Positions 25,092 to 37,870 of a DNA stretch of 63,826 nt are shown here, one piece after another. How positions within the stretch are numbered: position 1 is the stretch's first letter; each line of letters starts with the position of its first letter. The notes beneath the pieces were generated by a model, which did no database searches, was not told the DNA's origin, and saw only the letters and a list, made by a program, of their open reading frames with translations. The DNA is from Catajapyx aquilonaris (lineage: Eukaryota), in NCBI GenBank assembly GCA_000934665.2, contig JYFJ02002056.1, forward strand, positions 1-63,826, in the 5' to 3' direction. The position numbers and the translations under genes were made by a program.

Positions 25092-25866
25092 ATGGCTCAA
25101 AAGTTTGGCCGTGGTATACCCTTGGAGGAGAAGCCGTCTCTGGTGGACCTCGTGAAGGAGAAGCTTAATCTGACAGGAGAGGAAAGCAGGAGCTCCATTA
25201 AGAAGACGGCCAGTTGGATCGAGAATCACGATGACGCTTTTGTGAGCAGAAATCGGATAAGTCGCAGAAGCAAAAACCGCAAGATGGAAACAGTTGTGGT
25301 GGAGCCGAAGCAGGAAAGCGGGTAATGTTGATTTCGTATTCAACGGAATAAGTCCGATGTGCTCATCCGTTTAATTACAGTGATGCGGATGTGATGATAT
25401 GCCCGCCACTTTCAGACGACAATGATTGCTCAGGAAGGTAAGACGACAACTATGTACGGATTTACAATAATCCACAAATTTAAAAGTGCAAATTGCTCCG
25501 GTAGCGACAGCGCGGGTGAAATGTACGTGACGCCTTCTAACAACTCGACTGAAATGGACGTCGCAGCTTCAGATCCTTCGATTCATATCCAGCAAATTAA
25601 TGGGTACGTACCGGTACAGTAAATAAATCGAAGGAGGTACAGACATGAATATTAATTATGATTTTTTTCGTATGCATAGGGAACAAGCTGGTTCGATGTC
25701 GGCTTATGAGACAGCGATGGTGGATCTTCTGAAGAGAAAGGCGGAGAAGCAGATGGAGTACGAGGAGGCAGAGCATCTGGCCAAGATGGAGGCTGCGTTG
25801 GCCAAGAAGAGGTACTATGAGACCAAGGAGAGGCTGGCACTAGACGGGTTCAAGAATAACAAATAA
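25092..25866 (+). CDS. ~190-aa protein: degenerate Myb/SANT-like N-terminus, acidic linker, C-terminal coiled coil
   Basis: Exons 25092-25321, 25381-25437, 25505-25603, 25680-25866 join in frame through three phase-2 GT-AG introns of 59-76 nt (573 nt). EEKPSLVDLVKEK...KKTASW...SKNRK echoes Myb_DNA-bind_5-type spacing; the domain call is tentative. Confidence 0.6.
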
Positions 25867-26199
25867 CGTTGTTTATATACATGCCAACATGCGTGATACT
25901 GTAAAAATGAACAGTTTATTTTTAAACATCCGGATGAGTTGTTCGAACTGGAAGCATCAATCTTCTGAACTACAGTCGCCAAATTTAGGCAACACTGCGT
26001 AGCTCTCCCCTGCACTTGAAGGAAAGTCTATCGTTTATCCGCACCTAGCGACGCGGCGGGGTTGGGAAGGTGTGGTGGGCTCCAAACATGTTGGCTACGG
26101 GTCGCAAACAATCGGTTGCCGGGAGAGCACAACAAAGGGCAACAAGATGGCGTTGAAGTGTTGAAGTGTTTCGCAATCTCTGACGCCTGCAGAGTACTC

Positions 26200-26530
26200 T
26201 GTCCTCACATTTCTGAACTGGGAATGTGGCAACTATGTTAACTGAACATGCACGTTGGTGGTGAGTCACTGCGGACAGGGTCCCTCTCTGCTCACTTACT
26301 GCCCCAACCTCTGACAGCTAAGGAGAGCGAACCTGTTTGTCCTCTATGTTACTGATGAACTGGTAAAGTGGCAACTGTGGTAACTACATGCCCCTAGGTG
26401 ATGAGTCGACAGATTGAAATGTGTCCCATTCTGACCTCTACAGAGAGTGAACCTGCTCTGCCCTCTCATTACTGAACGGAGAAAGTGATAACTACATGCA
26501 CCTAGGTGATGAGTCAACTTGTGTGCATAG
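26200..26530. repeat. Degenerate tandem repeat, ~110-130 bp unit, ~3 copies
   Basis: GAGAG.GAACCTG near 26323 and 26443; TAACTACATGC.CCTAGGTGATGAGTC near 26381 and 26489; GTGGCAACT near 26227 and 26368. Confidence 0.6.
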
Positions 26531-27047
26531 GGACAGAGTCACGCCTAGCCAATTCTGAATGTATCATTTAAAATTGGCGCATTTTTTTCCTCCGCCGTGT
26601 TTTGTATTGGATGGTGTCGCCATCTGCATTCAAGCGTGTGGAATTTGTTTCTCTCTGCCTGTACTCTACTGCCTCCATCTATGTTCGTTCCTTTTTTTTT
26701 CAAGATGGCCGACGGAAGGGTAAGCGGAAAAAAATGTATCTCTTGAAATCGGGTCATTTCCTGGGTCATTTAGGATCATCGGGTCAAATAGTGTGGTCAG
26801 GAAGGAAGGGGAGAGTGTGAGGATCCAGGATCGGGTCGAATCTGGGCTTAAGCACCCATAAGATCGCCCGATGATTACCGTTTTTGTCAGACGGATGATG
26901 CCGAGTTCGACTTTGTGAATCACATTGAGTCTATGGGCGGCCCTGGGGGCTGTAGGACTTTGTGCAACCCCGGGGACAGCCTCACTTTCACTGTAGTTGA
27001 AATCCTGCCTACTTCACAGGTGACGTTGGCGCCATTCGTGCTCACTA

Positions 27048-28160
27048 TTCTATTATATTGTACATTTTTGTTCGATTTTTTTGTGGCGTTAAGCTGCTTC
27101 TTATTAAGCAGCTACTAATAATGGCTATCATGCTGTCATAGCTAGTCTTGATAGCTATTGAAATGGCTAGCATGATAGCCATTATAAGTAGCGGCTTAAT
27201 AACAAGCAGCTTAACGCCACAAAAAAAAAAATCGAACAAAAATGTACAATATAATAGAACACTCTGAAATAAACTTCATGTAGAGTGTTCTATTAATATT
27301 ATTGTAAATTTTTGTTAGGTTTTTTTTGTGGCGTTAAGCTGTTTGTTATTAAGCAGCTACTTATAATGGCTATCGTGCTAGTCATTTTGATAGCTATCAA
27401 GACTAGCTCATGCTATAGTTGTTTTAATGGTTGTCAAAACTAGGTAATGGCTATTGTGGGGTTTTAAGCAGCCTGTTGTTAGGTATATAGCTGCTTTTAA
27501 TGCTGGTTATCATGCTGGTTATTTTAATGGATTTCAAGCCTGCTATTGTAATCGTTATCAAAAGCTAGCTGAGTTAATGGTTATCATAGGCCTCGCTATT
27601 TTACATGGGTGTCAAAACTGCTATTATAATAGTAAGGTTAGTCATTTTATTGGTTATATGAAGCCTGCAATATTTAATGGTTGTCAATGACAATGGAAGC
27701 AGTTTTGACACCCATTTAAATAGCCAGGCCTGATAAGCACTACCTGTCATGATGTAGTGCTTATCAAATGTGGCTATTTAAATGGGTGTCAAAACTGCTA
27801 TTTTCATAGTTATCAAAACTGCTCTTTTAATGGCTTTGAAGCCTGCTCTTTAATGGTTATCAAAACCAGCTGAATTAATGGCTATCATGCGACATAATGC
27901 TTATCAATCCTGGCTATCTAAATGGTTGTCAAAACTGCTATTTTAATGGTTATAAATGCTAGTAATTTTAATGACTGTCATGCTGGTCATTTTAATAGTT
28001 ATCAAGCCTGGCTATTATTAATGGTTATCAAAGCTAGTAATTTTAATGCTGTGAAGCTAGTTATTTTGATATTTTATCAAGCCTGGCTCAGTAATGGTTA
28101 TCAAAGATACTATTTTAATGGCTATAAAGTTAGTTATTTTAATTGGTGTCAAAAGTAGCG
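27048..28160. repeat. ~210-bp fold-back plus third arm, followed by a ~23-25-bp minisatellite array
   Basis: 27048-27259 is a near-palindrome (TTCTATTATATTGTACATTTTTGTTCGA..TGTGGCGTTAAGCTGC / GCAGCTTAACGCCACA..TCGAACAAAAATGTACAATATAATAGAA); arm repeated at ~27288-27410; then dozens of units like TTTTAATGGTTATCAAAGCTAGCTA. Confidence 0.8.
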
Positions 28161-28572
28161 GTGTTTAATGCTTGGGAAGAGCCTTGTGCAGCGCGGGCAG
28201 CGGGTCCGTCCGGTTCACCTGTTAAAAACGTTTCAGTTGATTCCAATTTTTCTTGAATTTTATTAATGTTTGGTGCAATAGTTTCACAGAGGTCATTAGA
28301 GGAACTTGACTTCAGATGGACATATTATCTTGTGTTGAATTAATGCGTAAAATTGGTAGAAATATTTTGCTATTTCAATTTTAAGCTTTAATTTTTAAGC
28401 TGGCTGGGAACTTCCAGCTTCATACTTCTATTCAAATGTCTTCACAATACTAATACAAGTAATGTACTTGGTCTATACCTGACTCTGGATTAGATGATGT
28501 GTGGGTGGATATTTACAAATCCGTCTTTCTAAGTACGGTAGCGAAATGTGCTCTTGATCCAATGTGGAGACA

Positions 28573-28575
<3 letters not shown>

Positions 28576-28627
<52 letters not shown>

Positions 28628-28811
28628 TAATAATAGTTTATCACTCCCTCTCACCCTGTTGGGTACAATTAGGGAATAAGACTTACATGTCATAAACTAT
28701 TACATGAATATTAGCCCTCATTTAAGTATTATGTCACAATGGTTCAGAAGATCGACAGCTGACGAAAAAAAGAAATACATCTGACTTATGGCCGGTGCTG
28801 GCATTGAAGCA
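28576..28811 (-). mobile_element. 5'-truncated non-LTR retroposon with (TTA)n tail and 15-bp TSD
   Basis: AATGTGGAGACAGTA at 28561-28575 and 28812-28826 brackets an (AAT)n tract plus ~175 bp of unique sequence. Confidence 0.75.
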
Positions 28812-29079
28812 AATGTGGAGACAGTATCTGGCTGGTTTCAATTAATGACCAGCAGTAGTATGAACATAATGTAATGTAATAACATTCTCAGGTGCATTCA
28901 CACAAACACAGCGGCCAAATGATTTGCACTTATAAATTACCGCTGTGACTGTCAGTTCTTCTGTCAGCAACAGTTGTTGGGGATGAACGACTAGTGGAAT
29001 TCCAAATTGAATGTTGCCACAAGTTCTCTATTTACAGTATAAATGCGTAGAACATTGCAAGGTGTCAAATGTTACTCAG

Positions 29080-29224
29080 ATGGTTTCCAAGGGAGGATTT
29101 CATTTAATCCTGGGCAGAGTAGGGAGTGCAGATCTGCCCTGGGCATGGTGATTGGGCGAGATTTGATCCCCCGACCTTCCACTTGGCAGGGCGGTGTCAT
29201 ACCACATGACCACCATGCCCTCCC
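29080..29224 (-). mobile_element. Old tRNA-Gly-derived short SINE with ~17-bp TSD
   Basis: Minus strand GCATGGTGGTCATGTGGTATGACACCGCCCTGCCAAGTGGAAGGTCGGGGGATCAAATCTCGCCCAATCA resembles tRNA-Gly(GCC) with degenerate A/B boxes; TGTYAAATGTTACTSAG at 29063-29079 and 29225-29241. Confidence 0.65.
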
Positions 29225-32200
29225 TGTTAAATGTTACTGAGTGACATAATAGAAAAAGACATATTTGAGACATCTGATTGGGAAGTTTCTTATTACAATT
29301 AATTTGTGTTCATATGTTATAATCCAATCCCATCATCTTATGAAGCTACCCACCACGAACTCAGATTTGCCAATATGTCGTCTTGTTCATTAATCTTTTC
29401 CCTGCATAAAAATATCTCTCATTGGAGCGTGAATCATCTCAGGACAATGCAATGAGGTAGCTGCTCACCTCGTCAAATTTGTCTGCTGATAGGCTGTGTG
29501 GGAGTAGAGTGAGATTGGCAGAAAAACCTGCAGTAATAAGACACTTTCAATATGCATTTAGGAAGTTAGAGAGTTGTGGTCCTAATGTGTGACCCTTCCA
29601 AATGTGAGATTTATTGTTATTATTTCAATTAGCAAGGGTTTGGAAAAGGTTTGTTTAGGCCTGACTTCCTTATTTGTACATTAGTATGCAGGGTAGTATC
29701 GACAAGGAGTGACTTGATGTTAGGCATCTGATTAAAGACTGATGGTTCGTCGTATGTAGAGGATGAGCTCTCATAAAGTTACTCTTACTGCTTAGAGTGA
29801 GCTAGTTTTATATTCCCTGAGTGAGTTGTTTTATTCTTCTTCTTTTGAGCACATCAGGTTGACTGATGGAACAAGAACATGTCGAGTTTCTTGGAGGGAA
29901 GAATTATGGCTGCTCATAGCCCTATGTTCTAGCAATTGGGTTCTAGCGCTGTCTATAATTATATGGAAGCATGTTATTGCCCAAATAATTGAACGAACAA
30001 GTTTATTTTTAAGAGCAGGAACACATTGAAGCTTCGTCATACAGTATCGTCAATTCATTTCTTTTTAAAAAGTATGTATTCTTGTTTCAACATGTTATAC
30101 CAAGTACTGTGTCGACCATAAGAGTCAGCTGTGGTTTGTCTATTGAAATATAAGAATGCATCACTATACCTAAGATGCATTTTCCCTGGGACACACTAAC
30201 TTCTCCTAGCAATAAAGTTGATGCGGCAGTGTAATGCGTGACCAGTAGTTTTGCCCTTGTTTGAGCAATGGAGAAGAATTTTTGTCTTGTGTGAGTGTCC
30301 TAAAACCATGTCATGTTGTATCTGAATTGGCAATCCATCACAACATGTCACCAGAGTTGTTTACATGCAGACAAGGAATATGCTGTTCGTGGCAAGGGAC
30401 ATCCTGCATGATAAAGTGTACTTAATGGCGAGATATTACATCAAACAACGCTCACGGAATTGTTCAGGGGGGGGGAGGGCGTTGTCGTAAATAAGACTGA
30501 AACTTCTGTATCGCTTGCAGCATCCCTTGTTTTTCTTACATTCGTATTGACCTCGTGGTTTTCCCTTGGTTGCCAACATGGAAGCGTCCTTCTTTCACTT
30601 CAGAGAATGAATCGTCCAGAGTTGATGTCCGTTTCCTTTCTGGTTACCTCTGGACCATCATCATTATAATCTTCAGGGGATGCCTCACTGTTGTGGTTGC
30701 CATGCATGAAGATATAGACGTAAACGTGTCCTGTATGTACAGTATGTTGTCACCAGGATTGTGAACGAGCCTTGTGTGTGAAGGAAGCATGAAGGCAACG
30801 GCTAAAGATGTCATCATGCTAGTTGTGCATGTTTCATTCCTTTCCCCATCTCACACTATTCTCAGAAGTTATTTGTTCTTCCTGGTCAGTTTATTCACCT
30901 TAGCACGAGAGTTCGGATGGGAAGGTTTTTATGTTTATTTTTTTTTCTCTCTTCAAATACACATGGTTGCAATTGTAAAGGGCCACTCTGAATGACAGTG
31001 AGTATTCTGGGAAGGCAGGATTGGATAATATGTCTATATCCTATATGAGACACTTGTTGCGTTCACATCTCCTGGTAGCCCTACTCTAGTATGCATTCTT
31101 GTAATTTACAGTAGGCCTACATAGTCAATGAGTCATGGTTATTCCAAGAATAGAAAATGAGTCACTGGACCAAAAATGTGTTTTCGCAAGGACGTAGTTC
31201 TCTAACATTAAACAGTAAATTACCCTTGTGGATGATAAAACAGTCCACTGTTCCAGTGTTCGGGGACCATAACAGTTATTGTTTGTTCGTATTTGATCGC
31301 CATATTTGCTCAATGATTCTGCTGTATGTTGCTTGCCTTTTTGTAGGCTTCTTCCATTGACAGCCATCTCCGAACAGATCCAGTGTCTCATCGGAGAAGG
31401 TTGTGTTCCAACCTTTGATAGTTTGATAGTGGAGTGATATCGACCCCATCCACTAACCAGCAATGAGGTAGCAGCACCAGTTGGGCAAGATTTGTCTTCA
31501 TACGGTACAGGTTGTATGGGGGTATGGTGAGATTGGCAGAAAAGCCTGCTTCCAACTGATCAAGCCCTCCCAAATGTCAGGTTTATTCTGAAAATTCTTG
31601 ATTTTTTAAGCATTTCAAAATTTCTGTAAAACGTTTTGTTGAAATAGTTGCTTTGCAGGGTAGGAAATACATATTGGTTGCTAACAGAATTTTAGGAAGC
31701 TGAAACATGCGCGGGGGGGTGGGGGAGGTACATGAAAGGATGGGCATCAGGCAGGAGGTAGATAAGGTGATGTAGCAACTGGGAGTCAAACGGGGGAGGA
31801 TGTGACAAAGGCGAATGAAGGTGTGTATACATAGCACTCAAATTGGTGGGGCAATATGTCCTTGACCTCGTACAGTCACATCTTAATTATCGCCATAATT
31901 CATATGTGCGCGTGTGCAAAGGAAACATAAGTCCAATGGCCAAAGACGAAGGAGAACAAAAGTCGACAATTTTGGTGCATTTTTGAGCCTATAAGTTATT
32001 ATTGTATTTGTCATCATGGCAACTTACAGAGGTGATCGTAAATGTAGTTGATGTCCTGGCAGATAATCACAACTTTGATGTAGCAGACACATGGGTGTCA
32101 ACTGAACACTACAACAATATTCAGCTTCCAACAAAACAATCAACACGAAATCCTCACTATGAGGTTCAGGAGGAAACAACAGCACAGAAATTCACTGATC

Positions 32201-33185
32201 TGACATGTGGTGATTTTAAAATAGTCTTAGCAGCAAAGCCTTCCTGCCACGCTTATTCACTGCCGTAGTGATCCAGCCAGATAATAGTAGTGATGTCACA
32301 ATAGGAAACTATGACCAGATCAAGGTAAGGTAGACAATGTCTCTTGGTCCAAATGCTATTGTTTCCCCTTTTATTTCGGACCGTTAGGCCGTGGGCATAG
32401 TATAAACAAGGGGTTGATACCTATTTGTTAACTTCTTGAAATAGTGTTTGGTGAAATTATTATTTGTCTTCACACATTGAAGACAGGTCCAGACGAGGGG
32501 CGACATTATCTTGGTCCACCTTACATGGTTGCATCCGGGAAGAGCATAACTTCCAAAGTGTCTTCCGAAGTCCAAAGTGTTGAGGACAGGTCCCATTCAC
32601 TTTGGCGCTGGTCTCATTTTGGAGCTGGGTGGACATCAAAGTAGTGTGCACGGGCCTACCTCTGGTACGTGAATGGGCTGCGTATATTATATGCGTATTG
32701 TATATAGTCAAAACATGTTAAATTCTTGATGAACAGAGGTTGTCAGGGCGGCTTGTGATCACGGCATACCAAGGCTTACATGCAGAACTGTGTTGTCACT
32801 TCAGAGGACGTGTATCGCCCAGCATTGATACTATCTCTCATGTCATTTTACGAGTATATCATCAAGACTCGACACTCCTCGGACAGTGCTCCCCACTGTT
32901 GTGGTTAACGTGCATGGATGTGTAGGTGGAAGCATGCGCGGTGTTCATTGTCGGAATAAGTCATGTCATCTTTGTGTGCAAGTGTGTAAAGGAAATAATG
33001 AGTGCGACGGCCAAAGATATACGTAAAAACAATGCATGGTCCCTAATTGTCTCACTAATCTCAGGTTGCTGACTGTTCTCTGGTGTAATCTTCCAAGGTC
33101 CATCGGCCTACTTTCTTACACAATTATGAGGTGAGCAACGATACCAAGAGAGTGGGTTATTCTAACAATGAAGCAAATGCAATCC

Positions 33186-33187
<2 letters not shown>

Positions 33188-33254
<67 letters not shown>
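33188..33254. repeat. (TAA)n microsatellite at the end of module C
   Basis: Perfect TAA run after ..GAAGCAAATGCAATCCGG; same context as the run at 37265. Confidence 0.95.
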
Positions 33255-33255
<1 letters not shown>

Positions 33256-36200
33256 CACCTTCATTCCCAAAGTGGTACGACATATTATAATGAGGCAGCT
33301 ACCAAAAGCCAGTGACGCCTACCCAGCAGTAGAATCCACTCACTCCCAACATGGACTGATCATGTTTGGGAACATGATCATACATTACATCACGGCTTAA
33401 TTCCCATAAAGGGGTAGCCAGCGGTGACCAGGTTATACCTGGCCATCTTGATAAGACCGACAGAATGACACCTCTGGTTACTTTTCAGGCGATGTAGTGT
33501 GTTAATGAAGGTGATGAAGATGGGAACAATGACATGTTCACATACACAGACACAATAATACAGTGTAAAAAAATGACAAAACATTGTAAACAATTTGCAA
33601 AAAGCTTGACGGTGTTGGGCCAAGTCGGATCTGGAACTCCTGCGACCTCTCAGTCTGACAGCCAGGCACGGAATGGAATGTTGTAAGGTGATGGGAACAG
33701 CCAGTCGTTCCAGGCAACTTCCATCTCACCAACAGGTGTTTGTTGACTGCAGGTTTCTGAAATATACAGCACTTCACGTGTTCACTCACGTCCGACATGA
33801 CTCATCAGATGACCAGCTGGAGCAACCAGTGCGACTGATGTTCAATAATTATAGTACACCACCACAAGATTTATAATAGTTATTGCTTCCACCACAAGAT
33901 ATATGTAATCTCCCCCTCCCCCCGACTGATGTTCAATATGTTTTTTTTCTTTCCTTTCATATACGATGATTTGGAGAGAAAAAAGTTTTAATTTCTCCTC
34001 TTTCCTCTTCCTCCATTATTTGCAATTACAGTACCGTATATTCCAGCCAATAGCATCTCCAACCATGGTATTTCAGCATTTATCCGTTGTTGATCATAGC
34101 ACCTTCATGGAATACTTGCTGCGCCAATGAGTACGACCCAATGAATTTCAGCACTTGATAATTTTATTATTATTACTGTATAGTCCTGAAGAAGTAATAC
34201 GGATGCTACTTCATAAGTCCTGGGAGGTCCTACTGGGTGGAGGAGGTGAGAACAGTTAAACACTGCTCCCATAACAACGGTTAAGTATAAGAAGGGAACA
34301 AGTCCAAATTGAGGTTTTTGGACTTGTTCCCTTCTTATAAAAAGCGATTCAGTTATGGTTTGATCTTATTTGATCCCAATAATTTCGTTTGCTAAGAAGT
34401 CGCTTCTCTATACAGTATTTCTTGCAGTTTTATAGACTTTTTCCGCCGATAGCCGTCTCTGAACCGTTCTGCTTCATTTGGAGATAGTTGTGATTGTAGC
34501 TAATTGCCCCATATGATTACTACAAATACAATAATGACTGTTTGAGCTCTTTCCCACGTGTGGTTGCCGTGCATAGGGATAGGCGCAACGTGCCTTTTGC
34601 TGTCAGGGCGAGACCCTACTGAAAAATATATATCTGTTGATACTGAACGTATCAAGGCATCATGTTAGTACCATGTTGAAAATACTTTAAGAATATCCTA
34701 AAACAATTTTTAATTAGTTATGTTTAGTTGTTAAGATTTTATGGCCTATAATACAAGTTCTTCATTGATAACTTGTAAATGCTCCGTGCATCTATAAAAG
34801 TGATTCAGACATCATACATTTTTCTCACACACTAATACAACCTTAATCAACAGAACTGAGCATTGGCAATAGCAGATGTTGAGCCAATTCATCTGCAGAT
34901 TTTGTTTTATGTGCACCTACTAAAGTAAAATATCAAAATATGGCCCTCGAACAAATATTTGCATTAAAAAAAGTTGTCAAGTAACGGTAATGGCCATGCT
35001 CAGTTTTGTTCCTCACACCTTCAACATGCTTTGTGCAAATACCTAACCCTCTACGACAAAAACTGAGACGCATGGAACGTTTGGAACGCTGAAAAAGGTT
35101 GTTTTGAGAAAAACACATTTGAAAATTGATAAACAGATTTGTTCAATTTTTCAGAACATTGCAGCCCCATGTGTTGGTCCCTCCTCTCTTTTTTTGGCTG
35201 CTTCAGCAGTCTTCTTGGCCCAGTGAATTGTCTTGCGCTCTCTCTTGGCTACAGCTTCACTTTGTACGTACCTCACTCTTCCTCTTCCTCCTCTCATCCC
35301 TTCTCTTGCTAAGAGCAATGGTGGCTTCAGACAGGGCTTCCCCTTGTACACTAGGGACAAGATAACTCATGTGTTTTGGGAGGTGGCTTGTGTCCTTGGC
35401 AACCATAATTATTTGCCCCGCCCTACCGGTTGACCAATCAGGATTCGATTTCAAAGGAGATGGGCAACATTGGAGAAGAGTACGGCCGTACGGGTAACGG
35501 CAGTACAGCGCAATCCTCAAGTACACCGCAGTCTCAACAACAACAAACTATTACTCAACCTCCTTGCTATATCTCCATCTGCCTCTGACATCATGGAGCT
35601 GCTGAAGTGACAATTCTCTCCGAAATGGCACCTCCCCATTCCCCAGCATCATCTATTATTATTAGACCACGAAGATGTGAGAGCTGGGAATTTGAATCTG
35701 AATGAGTAGGTCGCTCATCATGCGTATATGACAATATGAGGCGGTGTGAGAACGATGCAGAAAAACTGAGTAATAGGAATCAAGGAATCCCTGCATTTTG
35801 GTGATTTGGGGGTGGTGCGGCATTCTGGGGTATTTTTAAAGCACTTCCATGAGTCGTGTTTCCTATTAGTTTAGGGTCCAGAGAAGCTAAAAAAGCTAAA
35901 ACCAAAAGTCGCATTTTTCAGTCAAAATCAAGATATTTTCAGTAGGGTCTCGCCTTAATGAGCGGCATTTTTGAAGGATATAATTATTATAATGCCAAGG
36001 GGCAAAGGTATCGTACGTGGGCAACGCTGCATGGTGTCCAACGAGAACAGGATGTTACGGGACTGTTGGGCTTTGATATTGATGAGATTCGTATGAAGTC
36101 CAGCGTGTTGATGACAACTCCTCATCCTCTTAATGACAGTGCGTCTTCTGGGAAGGCAGGGTTCTCATTATAATGGCTCTATATATGAGTCACTTCTGTC

Positions 36201-37262
36201 GTCCATTTCGTGGTACAATTACAGAATATGGATGGGGAAAGCACTTATCCCAGCCTCCCATTTTAATGTAGGTATAGAGACACAATCAGACTGTATGGGC
36301 CACTGTTGGTGACGCTTTTCACGCATGGCCTTCCAAATAATTAGCCTAAAATTTGTGGTCCCACTTCCATCGTCTGTACTGTAGTCCGCAGTTTAGTCCC
36401 GGTGTCGGCGAGGGATGACTAGAGTTCAGGCATCTGAAGAATGACTACTAATGGTTTTTCTATTTACGTAGAGGATGAACTATCCGCAAATTACTCGTAC
36501 CACATTCTGTGTGCTTAAGATTTGTCGTTGCAGATAGTCTTGCTTTTTTTATATATATATCGGGGACTCAGGAGCAGATGCAGAGAGAGGATTAACACCT
36601 CCCAGGAAGATTAAGGTGTACCATTAAAGAGAATTGTAGGGCTGGCCAACCATCAATGCGCTACAGCCCAATGTTTCCACTGTTTATTATCACTTAGAAT
36701 ATATTGAAAGGTACAGTGGAGGCAACAGGCCATCAGTTAGTCAGCAACTCATCAAATGCCCCGTCATCACACCAGGCCACCAGTGTCCGTCACGTCGGAG
36801 GAGGTTCATTGCAAGGGACATCTTATATGACGGAGTATTCTTGTAAAAATGATAAGAAATTGTCCTAGCTGACTTGTTTAGTAGGGACGACCGGACGAGT
36901 ACGTCGTAAAATGGCTTATGGCTATGCCAACAAGGTTAAATGGTATTTATACCCCGTTGAGCTATGCTGCAGGTCGGGATTGGGGTTGCCATGCGTGGAA
37001 ATCTAGTAGAAGAATGTGATGTGTTCTTTATCGCCATAATTGATATCGTGTGAATGCGCAAGTGTGTAAAGGAAATATGAGTGAGACGGCCAAAGATATG
37101 GGCAACAATGCATGGTTCCTTCCTTGTCTCACTAATCTCATACGTTGCTGGCTGTTCTGTATAGCGGATTCGTCCACGGTCCATGGACCTACTTTCTTAC
37201 ATATGAGGTGAGCATCGATACGAAGAGACTGGGTTATTCTAACAATGAAGCAAAAGCAATGC

Positions 37263-37264
<2 letters not shown>

Positions 37265-37331
<67 letters not shown>
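37265..37331. repeat. (TAA)n microsatellite at the end of module C
   Basis: Perfect TAA run after ..GAAGCAAAAGCAATGCGG. Confidence 0.95.
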
Positions 37332-37332
<1 letters not shown>

Positions 37333-37667
37333 GACAACATGTGTGCATATTTGAGCCTAAGTTATATTGTATTTGTCATCATGGCAACTTACGGAAGTTT
37401 GCATCGCATGTTTTGCAAGAGTAACTTGAAGGTATAATTTGAAGCTGATGCTGAACTCATAATTATAATTACTTCGGCGACCATAACAGTTATGGTTTGT
37501 TCTTATTTTATTCCGATAATTTTGTTTGCTAAGCAGTCGGTTCTCTATATTTCTTGACTTTTTATCGGCTCCTTCCTCTGATAGCCATCTCTGAACCGTT
37601 GTTCTGCCTCATTACAGAGATGGCTGTGATTGTAGCTAGTTGTCCCATGCGCTTACTACAAGGACAG

Positions 37668-37870
37668 CATGTCAGAGTTACGGCGCGGCGACCAGACCAT
37701 AAAGGCTCCACGCCAATGTATCTCATCATCCACAATATTATACAAAAGCTAATCAAAATCAAGAATTTACATTTACTATCCTCACGAAAAGAACTCCAAT
37801 CCAAGTAGCACGATTTAAGAGAATTTACTTAAGAGAAATTACTTTTTGTATTTTAAAATGAAACGAACTG
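37668..37870. mobile_element. Truncated copy of the window-end element with a 13-bp duplication
   Basis: ACTACAAGGACAG at 37655-37667 and 37871-37883; insert similar to 63477-63655; sister module-A copies near 34515 and 41290 lack it. Confidence 0.7.

Noticed and set aside
27360..28160. Short-period array as CRISPR or a coding repeat
   Set aside because: Degenerate head-to-tail minisatellite without spacers; ORFs are short and stop-ridden.
29148..29220. tRNA-Gly gene
   Set aside because: Degenerate B box and stems; embedded in a TSD-flanked insert.
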